The position numbers and the translations under genes are program-made. 64,000 nt of DNA from Octopus sinensis. Lineage: Eukaryota. A model generated the notes under the pieces. That model saw nothing but the letters and a program-made list of their open reading frames with translations. It did not search any database and was not told the origin of the DNA. The DNA is taken from NCBI RefSeq assembly GCF_006345805.1, contig NC_043011.1:53580464-53644463 (forward strand), read 5' to 3'. Positions 35,501-50,500 of the stretch are shown one piece after another (position 1 is the first letter of the stretch; each line of letters opens with the position of its first letter).

Positions 35501-38500
35501 CATTTATAGCATTGCATTTGATTTATTGCAATATACAAACCTTTGCTTGTTTTAGTAAAGAGAGAAGTTGTCACAATTAAAAAAAACTGCATGCATTTTG
35601 TGACATTATTATTATCTTAATGGAAAGCTGTTGAATGATTTTGACAATTTCTGCATGGAATGAACTGATGCTGTATAAATTGTCTTTTTTTTTATGTCAA
35701 TATCTTTGGATTTCTTTATTTTTGTTAAGCTTTACTTGTAGATTTTTAAAAATATTGTTTTCTCTACATTCAATATAAGGAGTATCTTTTCTGAAGATTT
35801 TAAAACTTAAGACTCCATATACTTTAGTTCATTGTTCTTTTATTTACTTAATTAGGAACTTCTGAAATATCTAGTTAATATAAAGCACCATCCGAACGTG
35901 GCCAATGCCAGCGCTGCCTTGGCTGGCTTCCGTGCCGGTGGCACGTTAAAAGCACCAACCGATCGTGGCCGATGCCAGACCCCTCCCTGGCACCTGTGCA
36001 GGTGGCACGTAAAAAGCACCCACTACACTCGTGGAGTGGTTGGCGTTAGGAAGGGCATCCAGCTGTAGAAACACTGCCAGATTAGACTGGAGCCTGGTGC
36101 AGCCCCTGGCTTCCCAGACCCCGGTCGAACCGTCCAACCCGTGCTAACGTGGAAAACGGACGTTAAACGATGATGATGATGATAAATCGTGCAATTTCTT
36201 AATCAGATGTATTTGTTGATACCTGAGCAGGTATAGCAGTTGCCATTGTAACTACTATTTCTAAAGTGTATTGTAAATGCTTTAATGCAAGGAACAATAA
36301 AATATGAGATGAGTTATGTGCTAATAATGTTTGTCGATTTAAATAAAATCTTTGACTGGTAGCTGCATAAATATTTATTACTCAACATTTAAAAGACATA
36401 AAAAAGTTTGTAAATAACTTTATTTACAAGCACTTTGCTGGAACTGAAGTTATTCTGCAGAAACTTAGTTTCATAGTTGGTTAGTTGGACAAACACTCGC
36501 AGGGTAATCTTATATACAACCCAGATGAAATTCCTTAGTGTCTCTATACATGAAAATAGTTTTCAAACCACTTCCCTTCCTAGAAAATCATAAGAAGGAA
36601 TTGAACTGGTTTGATTGAAACCTGTAAAAACTGGATAGATTCAAATTTACTCAAAACAATCTTCAGGTTTGAAGGAGTTTGCTTATTTAAGAGGGGTGAC
36701 TAGCAGGAAAGAACTTGACAATATTCCAAGAAGATTGGATACCCGAGTTCACTGCTTCAAATTTGGATACAAGTTCTCCAATCTCTGTAGGTATGTTGGC
36801 CATAAGCTACAGAATAGAGACTTGCTTTAACTCTTTAGCATTCAGATTCTTCTGTCGTCATATATAATGGTTATTTATTCACATTGTCTTGAATTAATCA
36901 TTATTATTCTGTAGCTTCAAAATTTCAATGCTAAGATTGTTTATATTTAGAATGACATTGTAGAGCCGGTGTGAGAGGCCAGATCTAGCTGGTTTGAACA
37001 TAAAACAGCTAGAAAATTTGGGGTTGATGTGGCCTGTTTAAATGCTAATGGATTATTAACTGTGATTTTAATGTAAAAGTAAGGAATTTTTTAGCAATTT
37101 GGTTTCAAGAAGATTATAATCTTCAGATTTGTTTTATTTCACACAAAGATTAAAGTCTGAATGCAATTAGAATATATATATATATAGGTCTTCCTTGATG
37201 GCATTTTTACAGGGTGGGTCAGTGGTGGTGGGTATGGCTTAGAGTAGCCATACTGCATGATGGTTTGTAGCTCTGGTGTTAATATTTTGTCCCAAGTAAT
37301 GTCTATTGTTGGGTTTGATATTGTTTAATTTCCATAGGACGGTGCTAGTTACTGCTCTTGAACAATTCACACACACACACACACACACACATACACATAT
37401 ATATATGCTAAGGAATTTTTGAAATGTTTGCATGTATCAACATTTTCAGTCCCATATTCCAATATGTATTTCTCTGCACTGTCTTGGTTAAAATATTATT
37501 GTAAAATATTACTTTGTAAATATTTTAACATAAATATTATCTATAGAGATAAATAAATGATTGAAAGTTGGAAAACATTTTGCTAGTTGGGTTTCTAAGA
37601 TTTTACCAAACGTTTTGATTTTAGTCTATATTGTGTAAAATTTTTTTAAATATGTAAAATTTTTTGGTTTTCTGTTAACACATTTTCCTCTGTCCTCAGG
37701 AAAGTAACAATACATTTGATGAAATGAGTTCTGAAAATACACGAGGATCTCAAGGTACTCCAACTCCATCGGGGAGTCATCATCCTAGTGTTTCTAACTT
37801 GCGGGTTACACCATCACCTGCTGGCTCAGCTGGATCTCGATCAAATACTCCAGCATCTGTTACAGGTAAACCTCTTCTTTTCTGAAATGTATTTCCTCCT
37901 CCTCCGTTTTATTTAACTTCTTTCTCTTTCTCTTAATTCTATTCTTTCATTGACTCTGATTTCTTAAACTTTTTCATTGCTTGTTTTTTCAATTCCTTCT
38001 TTTCTCCAATTCTTCTTTCATTTTCTCTTCATCTTGTTATTAGCATAGATTTTGACTCAGTATTTCACTTATGAATGTAGATTTCTAGAATTAAGTGTTG
38101 ATTGCTTCAGAAATATGCAAAATTGTAAAATTTCATTCTTTTTCAACTAGCAAAAGAAAAATGGGTGGAGGATTACCTAGCATAGCAGTATAAGCAAAAT
38201 ATTCCTGTCATATTTATAAAATAAAGTTACTCTGTTTTGTATTATTTAAGACCTTTGAACAGACTCTCTTTTGAGTTGTGGTATGAGCTAGGTGTGGTGA
38301 AATGGTTCTTAGAGAGCTTTAATGAAGTTAACCACTATAAAAGTAATGTAGTGGCAGTTGATATTTTCCAAGCACACTCTTAAGTGGTTGTCATTAGGAA
38401 AGGCATCCAGTTGTAAAAACCATACCACAACAGACAATTGGAGTCTGGACAGCTTCCAGTTGGTCAGCTTCATGTTAAACCATCCAACCCATGCTAGCAT

Positions 38501-41500
38501 GGAAAACGAATGTTAAAACGATGATGATGATGATTTCATAAATGAGGTTTATCTGTAAATGTGATAATCTGTCCAATGTTTGAGGTGGGTAGTTCCATCT
38601 TGTTATAATTACATACAGCGCCTTAAGTAGCTAACTTTTTGTTTGGAGAGGGTTGTGATATTGGAAATCATTTACATTGTACACATAAATTAACACAATT
38701 TTTCTTTTCTCATTATTGAAGGAAACCAAGCTGGTAGTCCAATGCCCCCTCGTCCACCTTCTAGTCAGTTGGATGGACAAGGTTCGATGTCCCAGTCACA
38801 AATGACAGGTCAAGGTAACGTTCATCTCAGTTGTTTTCAATATGACTTCAAATCAGGTTTCATTCATTGCTATTAATTCAACATTTGCAAAACTCAAACC
38901 GTGAACTTCTATTATAAGATCAATTATAAAACTTAACTGATTTTTTACCTGCCTGTCTCCTATGTAATAAACAATAATAGCTTGATTTTGCTAACCGGTT
39001 TTACTCTCTGATTAATAACAAGTGCATCAAGCAGTACTGCATACCATCTGGCTATTTTAATTTTGCACATTTTAGTCTGTAATGTACCCTGCTCAGCACG
39101 TGTATTTCAATTTGACATTACTGAAAGATTTTATTATTTTCATTTTCTTAATTTTGAGAACTTCCTCATTGGTAATTTTCAAACCAACAGACAGTAATTC
39201 TGTATGAATTTTGCATATCCCATCTCATGCCAGAGTATTTATTTGTGTAATTGTAAGAGCAAAAGGCCACAATAATTTATAACTTGTTATATTAGATCAA
39301 CTATCCTATGTAGTACACACTAGATAAATTCAGCAATTTAGCTCTGCTTGTAAGCAGAGCATTCCTTGATTATTTAAGGATTATGTTAAACATTCAATCA
39401 AAGCCGCAAAACACCAAGTTCCATAATTATCCTGTGCACCAATTTGATCAGTGCCTTATTCAGCAATTTTTAGGTGACCTCTTACTACATGGTCGTCATT
39501 TGGGATTGTGTTTAATTTCGAATGTAGAGTTTAAATACTCTCAACCTCTTTCTCATACTCTCATTATGCCTGAGAGTATTGAATTCTCACAATTATAATC
39601 AAGGTATTGATTTCAAACCCACTTATTGATTTTTGGGGATGGGGAATGATGGATGATTTTCACTGGCTCTTCAAGGCTGTCGAGATTAATACTATGAGCA
39701 TTTTACATAAGACTCTTGCAGGTTTACTCTGTAAAAGAAAGACATGAATGGGGAGGGAGTTCCAGAGAGCAGCTAATGTGTTGGGTAGGAAAAACTGGAT
39801 TTAATAGTCGGTGAAGGGTGGGAGCAAGGCAGGGTGGAGTGAGGAGTGGACAACACGTGAAATAAGATGAGTCAGTCAAGGGTATCCAAGTGGAGACAGC
39901 ACTAGATCACTCAGCTGAAGGACACAGGATGAGGAGACAACATGCTTTCAGATCAAAGAATGGGGTATATCTATGAGTAACTTTACGTTCAATTTGATCG
40001 AAGTGGTCTTTTTCTGGGTTCAGTCTTGAATGTCTGTCTGTCTGCTTGGCAGAAACACTGACCCAGATGTAGGAGCAGTATTCCATTGTGGGGATTAACC
40101 TGAGCTTTGTAAATTGCCAGTAAATTATTGAGTGGGGACTAAACTATTTTTTATCCCCAAAAAAGAAAAGCCAGTTTTCGAAATGCAGTCCTTGCTCTGT
40201 TAGTATGTTTGCCATAAGAAATGATTTGAAACAGTTATGTGGGCTCTGGTTAGGTACTGCTCACGTTTAACTCTTTAGCAGTCACGTTACTCTATCAAAT
40301 GTAAAAAAAAGGGTTACGAGCTCCTTCAGTCATGAATGACCATGGGATTGCATCTATAAAGTTACTTTCTGCGACACAAGTCTGGGCAAGGTGGTTTGTG
40401 GGAGACCAGCAATTGCTCATGTATACCAGTCTTCCTTCTTTGCGCCACCGATGTTGTAGAAAGGAAAGGTAAAGCCGATACAGCTTGGCACCAGTGACTT
40501 CTCAACTCATTTCTACAGCTGAGTGAACTGGAGCAACGTGAAATAAAGTATCTTGTTCAAGAACACAACATCCTAGACCAGAAATTGAACTCATTACTTT
40601 ATGATTGTGAGCCTGACTCTCTAACTACTGAGCCATGCACCTTCACTGCCAAATGTATTGCTAATTTGCATTATCTTGTAGCTTTGATATTTTAATGATG
40701 CTATTGTTTATTCTTAGAATGACATTGTTGGGTAGGTGTGAGAGGCCAGATATGGCTATTTAAATGCTAAAGGATTAATGGAATTGAAGTTATTTACTGT
40801 TGAAAGTGTTGATATAGTATGTCCCATCAGAAGATATTTTTGGGGAATATCCATAAATAGAGAGCATCTAAACATTCAATCAAAATGTCTTAGAGAGACA
40901 AGAAAAATGAGGTTAAATTTTGGATCTTTTTTTGTGTTGTAGAATGATATTGTAATTTTGGAACCTCCTCCCTCAACAGACTATATTTCTAGTCCTAATC
41001 TTTAGCTATTCATTAAAGGATAAATTAACCTAAACAAATCTACACAACTCCTTTATTAATTTGCAAGAGAACCCTAAAAATGCATGATAAGAATTAAGAC
41101 TTTTTTTTTTTGTAGTAATGTTATTTTTTAATATTTTATAAATGATTTTATATGTAAATCAAGAAGATCGTCAAATTATGTTTGATAATTAGGCTACTAC
41201 TACTAATACTAACAACTTGCTTGATGTTATATAATGTTACCTTATGGTTTGAATGGTTTATATTTTTAATTCTACTTACTTTATTTTATAATTAATATTC
41301 ATCCATTCTAATTATAATTCAAAATTTTCAACTAGGCTGTTTGCGTCTCCTGTTTTGATAATCTAAGATATGCGTTGCTAAATCTAACTGAAGTAGGTGA
41401 AGTTACTGAAGATTTCATGTGCTCTGTCTTATGATAGAGGGTTGGGTAGCATTTTTTTTTTTTTTTGGTATAGAAAATGCTAGTTTCAAATATTAAAGTT

Positions 41501-44500
41501 ATTATTCTTAACTTTTAAACATCTTCCCCAATTTACCTTGACGATCTAGACCTGGCTATGTAATTCCGTCTCTCTACCAGAATCAATGTTTTGGCCACCT
41601 CTACGTATTTTTCCTTTTCTTCCATTTTTTTTCTTTTTCTTTTTAAATTCACGTTATCTTAATGAAATAGGATGTTTAGCATCATCGAAAAGTTAATGCT
41701 TGAGTGTCTGCAATTTTCTTAGGCTTCGGTCAGCATATTATGCCTCCTCCAGTTGGCCCCAATCAGATGTACAACACAGCCAATAAACCAATGGCAGGGA
41801 TGAATGCTGTGGCTGCCTCAGTTTCTCAGATGGGAGGTCACTTTAGCCAGTACAATTCCCAATTTCCTGGTGAGTAAATAAAGTTCAGTTCTGTAGTTTC
41901 TTAAGTCTGCCAAATAATGTTTGTTTTCAACTGACTTTAAATGATATAACATTGCCAATATGAGAAAGCATTTGAGCAGAAGGGTTTATTTCCAGTTAGT
42001 GGGTGATAATTTTATTTTTGTTTACCTCTTCCTTTTCCCTGGTAGTGGTTGAGAAGCTCTAAATGGCCCAAGAGGGTAGTGATTGTTGTATTGGAACATC
42101 TGCCCCTTACTGATAGTTTTTTTTGGTTTTTTTCTTCTTTTTTTTTTTTTTTTTTGTTTTTGTTGGGTGTGTTTGAACAATGCTGCCAACTTTGGTGAAG
42201 GCATGCCTAACATCATTTCTACTTATTCTCACTCCTTTCTCTTCTGGCTGGTTTAATTGCATGGAGTGAACATTAACATATATTTCATCTTTTGTTTCAT
42301 TTTCTTAAGTTGAGATTTCTATTTTATTTTGATTTTTTTTATAGCATGAAATTATTAAATTATGTTTTTATTTCCTTTCATTTTTCCTTTTTTTCATCTT
42401 AACCTAAGATTTAATTTTTGTTTGAAATATTTATATGGTAATAAATAAACATTGATATTTATTTTCATGTCTTCTTTTGTTGAAAATTCTTTGAATCTGT
42501 TGTGTAAATCCTAAATTTAAAAAAAAAAATAAAATTTTTTATTATATTTTTTTTTAGCTAATAAGCTTTTTTTTGTTTTTTCATATTATAGATTTAAGTA
42601 TTTGGTTTCATTTTTCCTAATTTATTTTTATTTAATGATCCTTTATAAATTTCCTTGTGCCTCTTATGCTTAGTGTGTCTTTAGAATTTAATCTATCGAA
42701 ATTGTTAATATATAATTCTTTGTTTAGCAATATAATTTCACAAGTCATTTGAGAAGTGTTTCTTTTCTTCCCTTGATTCTAAGTCACTATAAGGGGAATA
42801 GATTTGGGCCAGTATTATACAGATCAATGCTGAACTTGTTTTCCTACAATCTGAAACTGTATTTGCAGCTCTAATTCTTTACCATTTTTGCATTAATGTC
42901 CTCTGCAGCACATGTTAATATCTTAGATTGCACCCGCTCAGTATTGATGTTCTTTCCTACTCTCTCTCTCTCTCTCTCTCCTCAATCACTATCACTTTCC
43001 CTCTTTCTCTCTAGCAGTATATAAAGTATAATCAAAAGAAATTAGACAAATTAAGCAGTGTTATTCTTGTTTGAGTCTTCTTCTTATGCAAATATTTATA
43101 TATCATTTAATACTTTATATTTATCCTTCATTGTGGTAACTGTTCTCTTCGATTGGATATTTATATTTAGAAATTAGATGGACTAATTTTCTGAAACAGT
43201 TTATAAGTTTCTTTTCTTTGTTTGAGATATTAGGCATTGTCCAATACAGTTTTCTCTCTTATTACTTTGTTAAATCAAACCTTAGAATTTCAATTTTTCT
43301 AGTGAGTAATGTACATTTAAAATTATTTTCCAATTAGCTAATTACTTTGGTAGTTAATAATTTCCACTTGTAGGTTTAAATTTTCCTTTGATAGTTTCCA
43401 TAAAATATTTTTTTCTTTTGTTTTTATTCAGTTGTCACTTTGGAATTAGTTGTTCTGTTATGAAAATTTGATGTCTTTCTAGAATTTAGCGAGTTGATTA
43501 TTTGCACTCATTTGAGGGTGACAGTCTGATTTACAGTCAGATTGCTTATCCTCTACTCAGTGTTATATATGCAGCCAGCTTTCATTAGCGGCAACCATTT
43601 CCATATTGGGAAACATTTTGTGGATCTTTATAGTTTGGTATGCTGCTATGTCAAATTGCATACAGTACCAACTGCTAATTGTGTACATTTTATACAAGTT
43701 GTTGTTCTATATTTTACTTGAGATAAAAAACAACAAAAACATTTCACATCATACAAGAAAACAATTCTTTATTGTCAGCTGCTGTTACAATGACTTGTCA
43801 AAGATTTTACAAAATTTATTTTCATTCCGTTTGTGAAATGATTTAACTATATTTAACATCTGAAATGACTTTGAGGATGTTACTAAGATAAGACATTGAC
43901 CCTGCCATTTGACTTGTGATTATAAAGTAAAATTGAGAAGTATCGAGATAGATATTTAGATTTACTGTTTTTTAAAAAAAAGTTTCTCAATCTGTTTTGA
44001 AATGATATAGATTTAGCCAAATGTACCCATTAATAGTGGTTGGGTGGGCGGGTCTTTTTCCCTTTCTTTCTTTTCTTTCCTGTCTAACAGTAGTTCTATA
44101 ATAATTTTTCATTTTTGCTTCTTCCTCAGTCGGTGATCTGCTTTAGATTTGCTTTTACCTTTGACACACTCTTTCCTTTGCTTCTAGGAAGTTTCCATCG
44201 ACAACAGAACCCTGCAGGGATGCAGAATTATCCCCAGCAAAATGTGTACAATGGACCCAACCAAATGAGTTCGTTATCTGGAGGATCTTTGTATAGTAGT
44301 ATGCCCATCAATAGAAATATGTCCTCAGCTAACTACAATAGTGCAAGCTACCCACAATCTGGCAATATGAACTCACAATGTAGTAATTTTAACAGTCATA
44401 GTAGTACTGCAGTTTCCGGAGGACCAAATGTTCATGGAGGACCCTGCTCCAATATGCCAAACCATTCGATGAATTCCATGCAGCAGCAGCAGCAGCAACA

Positions 44501-47500
44501 AGCATCACCTCTTCCCTCGCATCCTCACCCACCCCACCCTTCAACCGGAGGTGCCAACACCATGACCATGTCACCAAGTGGCCAGTGTGTAACACCACCT
44601 ATTGTACCTGGAGTTAAAGGTGCACATGCAGCAGCGCAGGCAGCTATGATAGCTGCTGCTAATACTGCTGCTGCCACTCGTTGTCATCAGTTACGGACAG
44701 GATCATCTAATCAGCCAGCCAGAATGTATCCTCCAGGAATGGCACCTGCTGGTCCTTCATCCAGTCACATTGGATCAATGAACTTCTCTTCTGCCATCAA
44801 CAATATTCCTAGTTCATCTGGTCAGTTTCCTTCTTCAGTGTCTCAAACAACAGTGCCTAATTCTATGACTCAACAATCAAATTCTTGTAGCCCAACTAGT
44901 CCCTCAACCAGCAGCACACACAGTAGCAACACCACTAGTGCTAATTCCAATCGAACATTGGATCCAATGAAACAAACTCCCTCTTCCATGTCTAAGGAAG
45001 GATGTTTACCAAGTAACTGTGCCAGCAGTTTTAGTGCGATGATTCCACCGACAGCCAACTCGGGTATGGACGGCATTGGAATCCCAACCCAAGGTGATAG
45101 CACAGAGGAAGGCAAAGCTGTTGACGAGAACAGTGAATGTAACAGTGATGGCAGTCGCATCATCCCACCTGGTAGTCTAGATTCATCTGGTGTTGTTGGA
45201 CCAACTGTTTCAAGTTCCATGTCAACTCGCCATAGTTCTGCTGCTGGCCCAGCTACTTCCTCCTCAGTGCCTGTCAGCCAACATGTGTGCGTGAGCAGCC
45301 AGGCTCCTAGTTCAAATAATTTATCCTTAGAAGACAGTCACAACACAACCACTTCTACTGCAAATTCTAGTGCAGGTAACCAATTGCTTTGGTCTTGTCT
45401 CTTCAGCACAGCTTTTTGCTTCTGTTAGTCTAGCCTCTCTTTGACTCTTCTTGCCCATTTTGTTTTATTTTTCCATTGACAAATTCTTAGTTTATTTGAT
45501 CCCTTTGAGTTATTCTCTGGCAGAAAACGTAACATTTTCACATTGACATCAGAGAAAAATCACTACAATGAGAACATGTCTTGCTTTGCTTTTTTTTTGT
45601 GTCCTTGGATGTTTTTTATTTTCATTTTTGTTTATAAACTTCAGTTATGTGTGTGCATTAATACATAACTCAGAGTTGCTTTCTGAATGTTTTCCATTCT
45701 TCCTAGACTAGTCTCTGTTTTTTTCTTTTATTTTTTCTTCTAATGATTGGTGCATGGAATGTTGTTGTCAAGTTCTGTTTTGAGTTATTTTGTGCCTTTT
45801 GAGCAATAGTTAAGATTAAATAGCTGGGAAAATAGTTTAGAAAACCCCTTGTAACTTTCCTTGATTTCTAGGAACTGTCTATGTTGTTCAGTGGAATGAG
45901 CTGTCACTTTAAACGTGACCTGCAACTTTATTTTGTATTCTATTTTGTTTCTCTACATTTTGTCACTTTGTTGTGTTTTTCTTTGTATTCAAAGAACATT
46001 ATTGTATTTGTTTTCGTATTTTGTTTTTGTATAAATTTGATTAAAAGAATTATTAATCTAGCTTTATTATTCTACCATAATGTGTAATTTCTTCTCGAAT
46101 CGAAGCATTTTAGTGCATCTTTTTATACTGAAGCTGACAAGGAATATTTATTTTATCGAATTCCATTAATAATGAGCACATTCTCTATAATGCCTTCTAA
46201 ACCTCTTCTCTTGGAAGTGGCTCACATCACTTTATTTACAAAAATTCAGAGAATAAATTTACACAAATCATATTTTATGTCCAGCCATTTGTTATTCTGT
46301 GACATAATCTACATTGCTTCACTGTTATTCTATAATAGAAGAAGAAAACTTGAGAATAAATTAAAAGTTGGATTAAAAATTCTGATTCCTTATATATTTT
46401 CAGTGTTTCCTGCAGCCTTTAAGATTATTTATCTTTTAATGCTCTCTAGTTACATAGTTCACTGCTAATTGATTCTGCAGACAAAAAAAGACAGCTTGTT
46501 TGTTACTTAAAAATAATAAAAGTAAAGAAAGTTATGTGAAATTATTAGTTTTTTTTTTTAAATTTTATCGTGGATCTGTTGTAAGTTTGGAATTATTTTA
46601 ATAACTAATATTTTGTTCTCAACTATTTTAATATAGGCAAAAGACATATTTTCCACAATAACTTTTAAAATAATGTTTTTGCCATCCTGAATACTAATTA
46701 TTTAATTAATTTTCTATTTTATTTTCATTAATATCTGAAGATATGAAATGAAATATTCTTCATTCAATTTATTTTCTCTTTGTAGTATAATTTCACATAT
46801 TGGTAGAATATTTAATTAGAAAATTATATTTGAAATAAAGTCTCATTCAACTTTGTTTTTAACTTCTAACAAAACATTATTTATTATTGTCCACTCGGCT
46901 ATTAGAATAGCTTTTTAATGATCTTGTTTTTCTTCATAATTTATTTTTATTAATTCATTTTTTAAATATTTTCTTGTAAGCTTAAAATCAAAACTGTATT
47001 AATTGACTTCATTGAGATTTCAGCATTACTGATTGAGTTGTTGTTTGGTATTCATTCATTCATTCATTCATTCATAAGTTCCCCACCTTGGAATCGACAG
47101 TTAGTCTCTTGTTTCAGAAGAAATCCACTTAGCAAAATTTGCCCAAAGCAGCTGTTGCTATTACATTAGATATGGCTTAAATCACTGCTGTTTAAGTAAG
47201 ACCACTGTGCTCTGCTGCATCTGTGATTTCTTTGAAACTTGGCCCTTAGTTGCAGTGAAATTGTTTACTGTCAATTTAATGCAGAATTTTAAGTTTTAAA
47301 TTTACGAAGTTTAAGTTCCAATCAGTTCTTTGGTTGGTTAATTAATTGTTAGAAATTAAAAAGGCTTTTATTGTTAGTTTTATTAAGAAGAAAGACTCCT
47401 GTTTTTGCTTAGTCCTTTTTATTTTTTATTGATATAAATTCCAGCTTAAATTTTTGATATTGATTTAATTGAGCATTAGCTACATGTATTTTGAATTCTT

Positions 47501-50500
47501 ATAAGCACCAACCGATCGTGGCCGATGCCAGACCCCCCTGGCACCTGTGCAGGTGGCACGTAAAAAGCACCCACTACACTCGCGGAGTGGTTGGCGTTAG
47601 GAAGGGCATCCAGCTGTTGAAACACTGCCAGATCAAACTGGAGCCTGGTGCTGCCCCTGGCTTCCCAGACCCCGGTCGAACCGTCCAACCCGTGCTAGCG
47701 CGGAAAACGGACGTTAAACGATGATGATGATGAATCCTTATATACAAGTCCACAGTAAGGAGGAAATGGGGCACGCATTAACAATACAAATGACATGGAA
47801 GGGCTACACAGATGAATGAACATCAGAACAAAGTTGTAGTCCCTATCGTTTTTATAGGTGTCACATTTCATATGCAAATAACATGTTGACGTGTTTGTGA
47901 ATCCAAAACTTAAGTTTTTATGGAACTTGTGAAATAGTTTTAGGAATCAAAATAGCTTGTATTATTTTTATTTTCGGTTATAATATAGCTAATGTCAGTT
48001 GTCATGTGATTATAAATCTTTTTATATTTTTTAATAGGCACATCAAACTAGGTCCTTCACATTTGCTTGATTTAATATTTTTTTCATTTTACAGGTTAAT
48101 TTGTATTTATTTGATTATTTACATAAACTCAGTGTGTTTTATATATCTGGAGCTTAAATGAAACTGAGCTACTAAGCTTAATATGTTGGACTGTGTGACT
48201 ATAAATGTATATTTTTTGAGTTACTAGGAAAACCTCAGTGTTTGGGTTTCTTTTGCTTCTTCAGGAAACACCGCCACAATGGTCACTCAAGCCATTACAG
48301 CTCCTGTTGCCAGTGTTGTGGAGTCTATGAGTAACGATAGCCAACCAGATCTACTTTCAACATATAGCATCCCACCAATGGTGAATTCAAGTTCGTCAGG
48401 AAATGTAATGTCTTCCGATGAACCACCAGAAAAGAAGAAAAAGGTTGGTGGTACTCTTTTGCATTTATAGAGTTCTTTTTTTTGTTTTTTTTTCATGCTT
48501 CCTTGATTGTTACCATGATTTCACTGTGATTTGTTGGAAGATTTTTCTCTTTATGAGTTTTGAATGCTTCATGTTTTAAAATAAGGGAAAATCTTCAGTG
48601 TGAGTTTTGTGTGTGTATGTGTGTGCGTGCGTGTGTATATATGTATGTGTGTGTGTGTGTATATATATATATATTTTTATGTATATATACACACTCATGC
48701 ATACACAAGCACACACACACGCACATACAAATAACATCTTAATCCAATCTCTTGCTTTTTTTTTTCCTTAAAGTAAATTTGCTCTTGACTTTTTGTGTGA
48801 ATTTTTGCATCATAATTATTCTATTAATACTTCATTCTCAATTAATTCAGTCATTACATTGTGAGATTCTGAGGCACTGGCTTTTTACCTTCAAGCACAA
48901 AATACACATCTTACAATTGAAACTTAATGCTGCTTTTTGTACTCAACTATAACCTGTTATAATTGTAACAATATATTTTTAATTTTACTAGTTTAGCCCC
49001 CTAAAAGTGTGCAGGTGTGTGTTTGGCTATATTATTAAATCCATGCAGTTTATGTTAAGTAACTTCGACCAGATGTTGAGTATTGATTAAATGTTTTGTT
49101 TTATCAGTACCTTTCAGTAGGACTACTCTAGCTATGCCACATATGATGAAATTATTTGGAAATTCTCATAGGTTCAGGATGGATCTCTGCTAATTAAAAA
49201 AAAAAAAGTCAAGTTCTGTCTTCAATATTTTGTAAATATTGAATCATATGCACTGGTTATAAAATTATACTCATGCACTAAATTAGATTGCTTGAAAAAT
49301 CAAAACTGATAGTACATCAGTTACAGTGGAATAACTTACAGCACAAGCAATCAAAAACTGCAGACTATGAAGCTCTATATAAACGACAATAATCAACATT
49401 GGCTGTGGTGCTTTGATAGCATGGTGGCTATACTAAAGGTTTGAAGATAGACAAAAAATACTCTTGAGATGTCTGACCAGATGGTAGATTATATGAAGTG
49501 TCTGTAGCAAGCAAGTGTTATGGTCTATTGTAATCGTATTACAAGATCAGCAATAACTGGTAATGAAATGCCAGCACCGCCTCTACTGGCTTCCGTGCCG
49601 GTGGCACATAAAATACACCAATCCGACCGTTGCCAGCCTCGCCTGGCACCTGTACAGGTGGCACGTAAAAAGCACCCACTACACTTGCGGAGTGGTTGGC
49701 GTTAGGAAGGGCATCCAGCCGTAGAAACTCTGCCAGATCAGACTGGAGCCTGGAGCAGCCCCTGGCTTCCCAGACCCCAGTCGAACTGTCCAACCCGTGC
49801 TAGCATGGAGAACGGACGTTAAACGATGATGATGATGATGAAACAATGTGGTCTGCTAGATATGCAGCATTTGTATGCTCAAGTAAATTACATGGATTGT
49901 TAGAAAACATTAGTTGATGTTCATGCTTTAAAGCATGTTTGAATAAAAAGTATATGTGTTTGTGGATGCGTAGTAGTAAGGCAAGATAATTTAGCAAGAA
50001 GTAATTAGGATAGAATTTGGCATTATGGAAGAGGTGATGTGGGATCAAAATGCATACAGGAATCTGTTGCAAATTTGCTCGCTTCATAACACTATGCAAA
50101 CAAATGCAAAGTAGATGTGTATGTCCACACATATATATGTTCATGAACTCCCACAGCTAGGCCAATAAAAATGGGCAACAGACAGATTCATAATGCACTC
50201 AGTGCACTTGTTTACCTTTGTTTTTAGCTGTTAGCTTCTGACTTAATGAATTTTATTTCACTTTTAAAATATTATTATGTGTAACATTAGATAATATTAC
50301 TTCATTGAAGTTAATACTGTGAAATATATTGTTTTATTTTGAGGTAGGTGTTGTCTTTAGTGAATACTTATTAAAAGCACCGATTTCTTTTGAATGTCAG
50401 AAGTCCCTGAACTGTTTCTGGAAACAGTATAGTAATGCAACACATAGTTAGGGGTTCTTTGCATACGCACACACTAATATAATAAACAATGGATTTTTAT

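Noticed and set aside
44128-44146. Two extra AG acceptors upstream of 44188
   Set aside because: Both are out of frame with the phase-1 junction and are most likely part of the pyrimidine tract.
45376-45428. Read-through of the large exon into the intron ending ...AFCFC* (CXC, prenylation-like)
   Set aside because: A good donor at 45375/45376 joins in frame to 48265. There is no evidence for intron retention or nearby polyadenylation, so the ending is probably chance.
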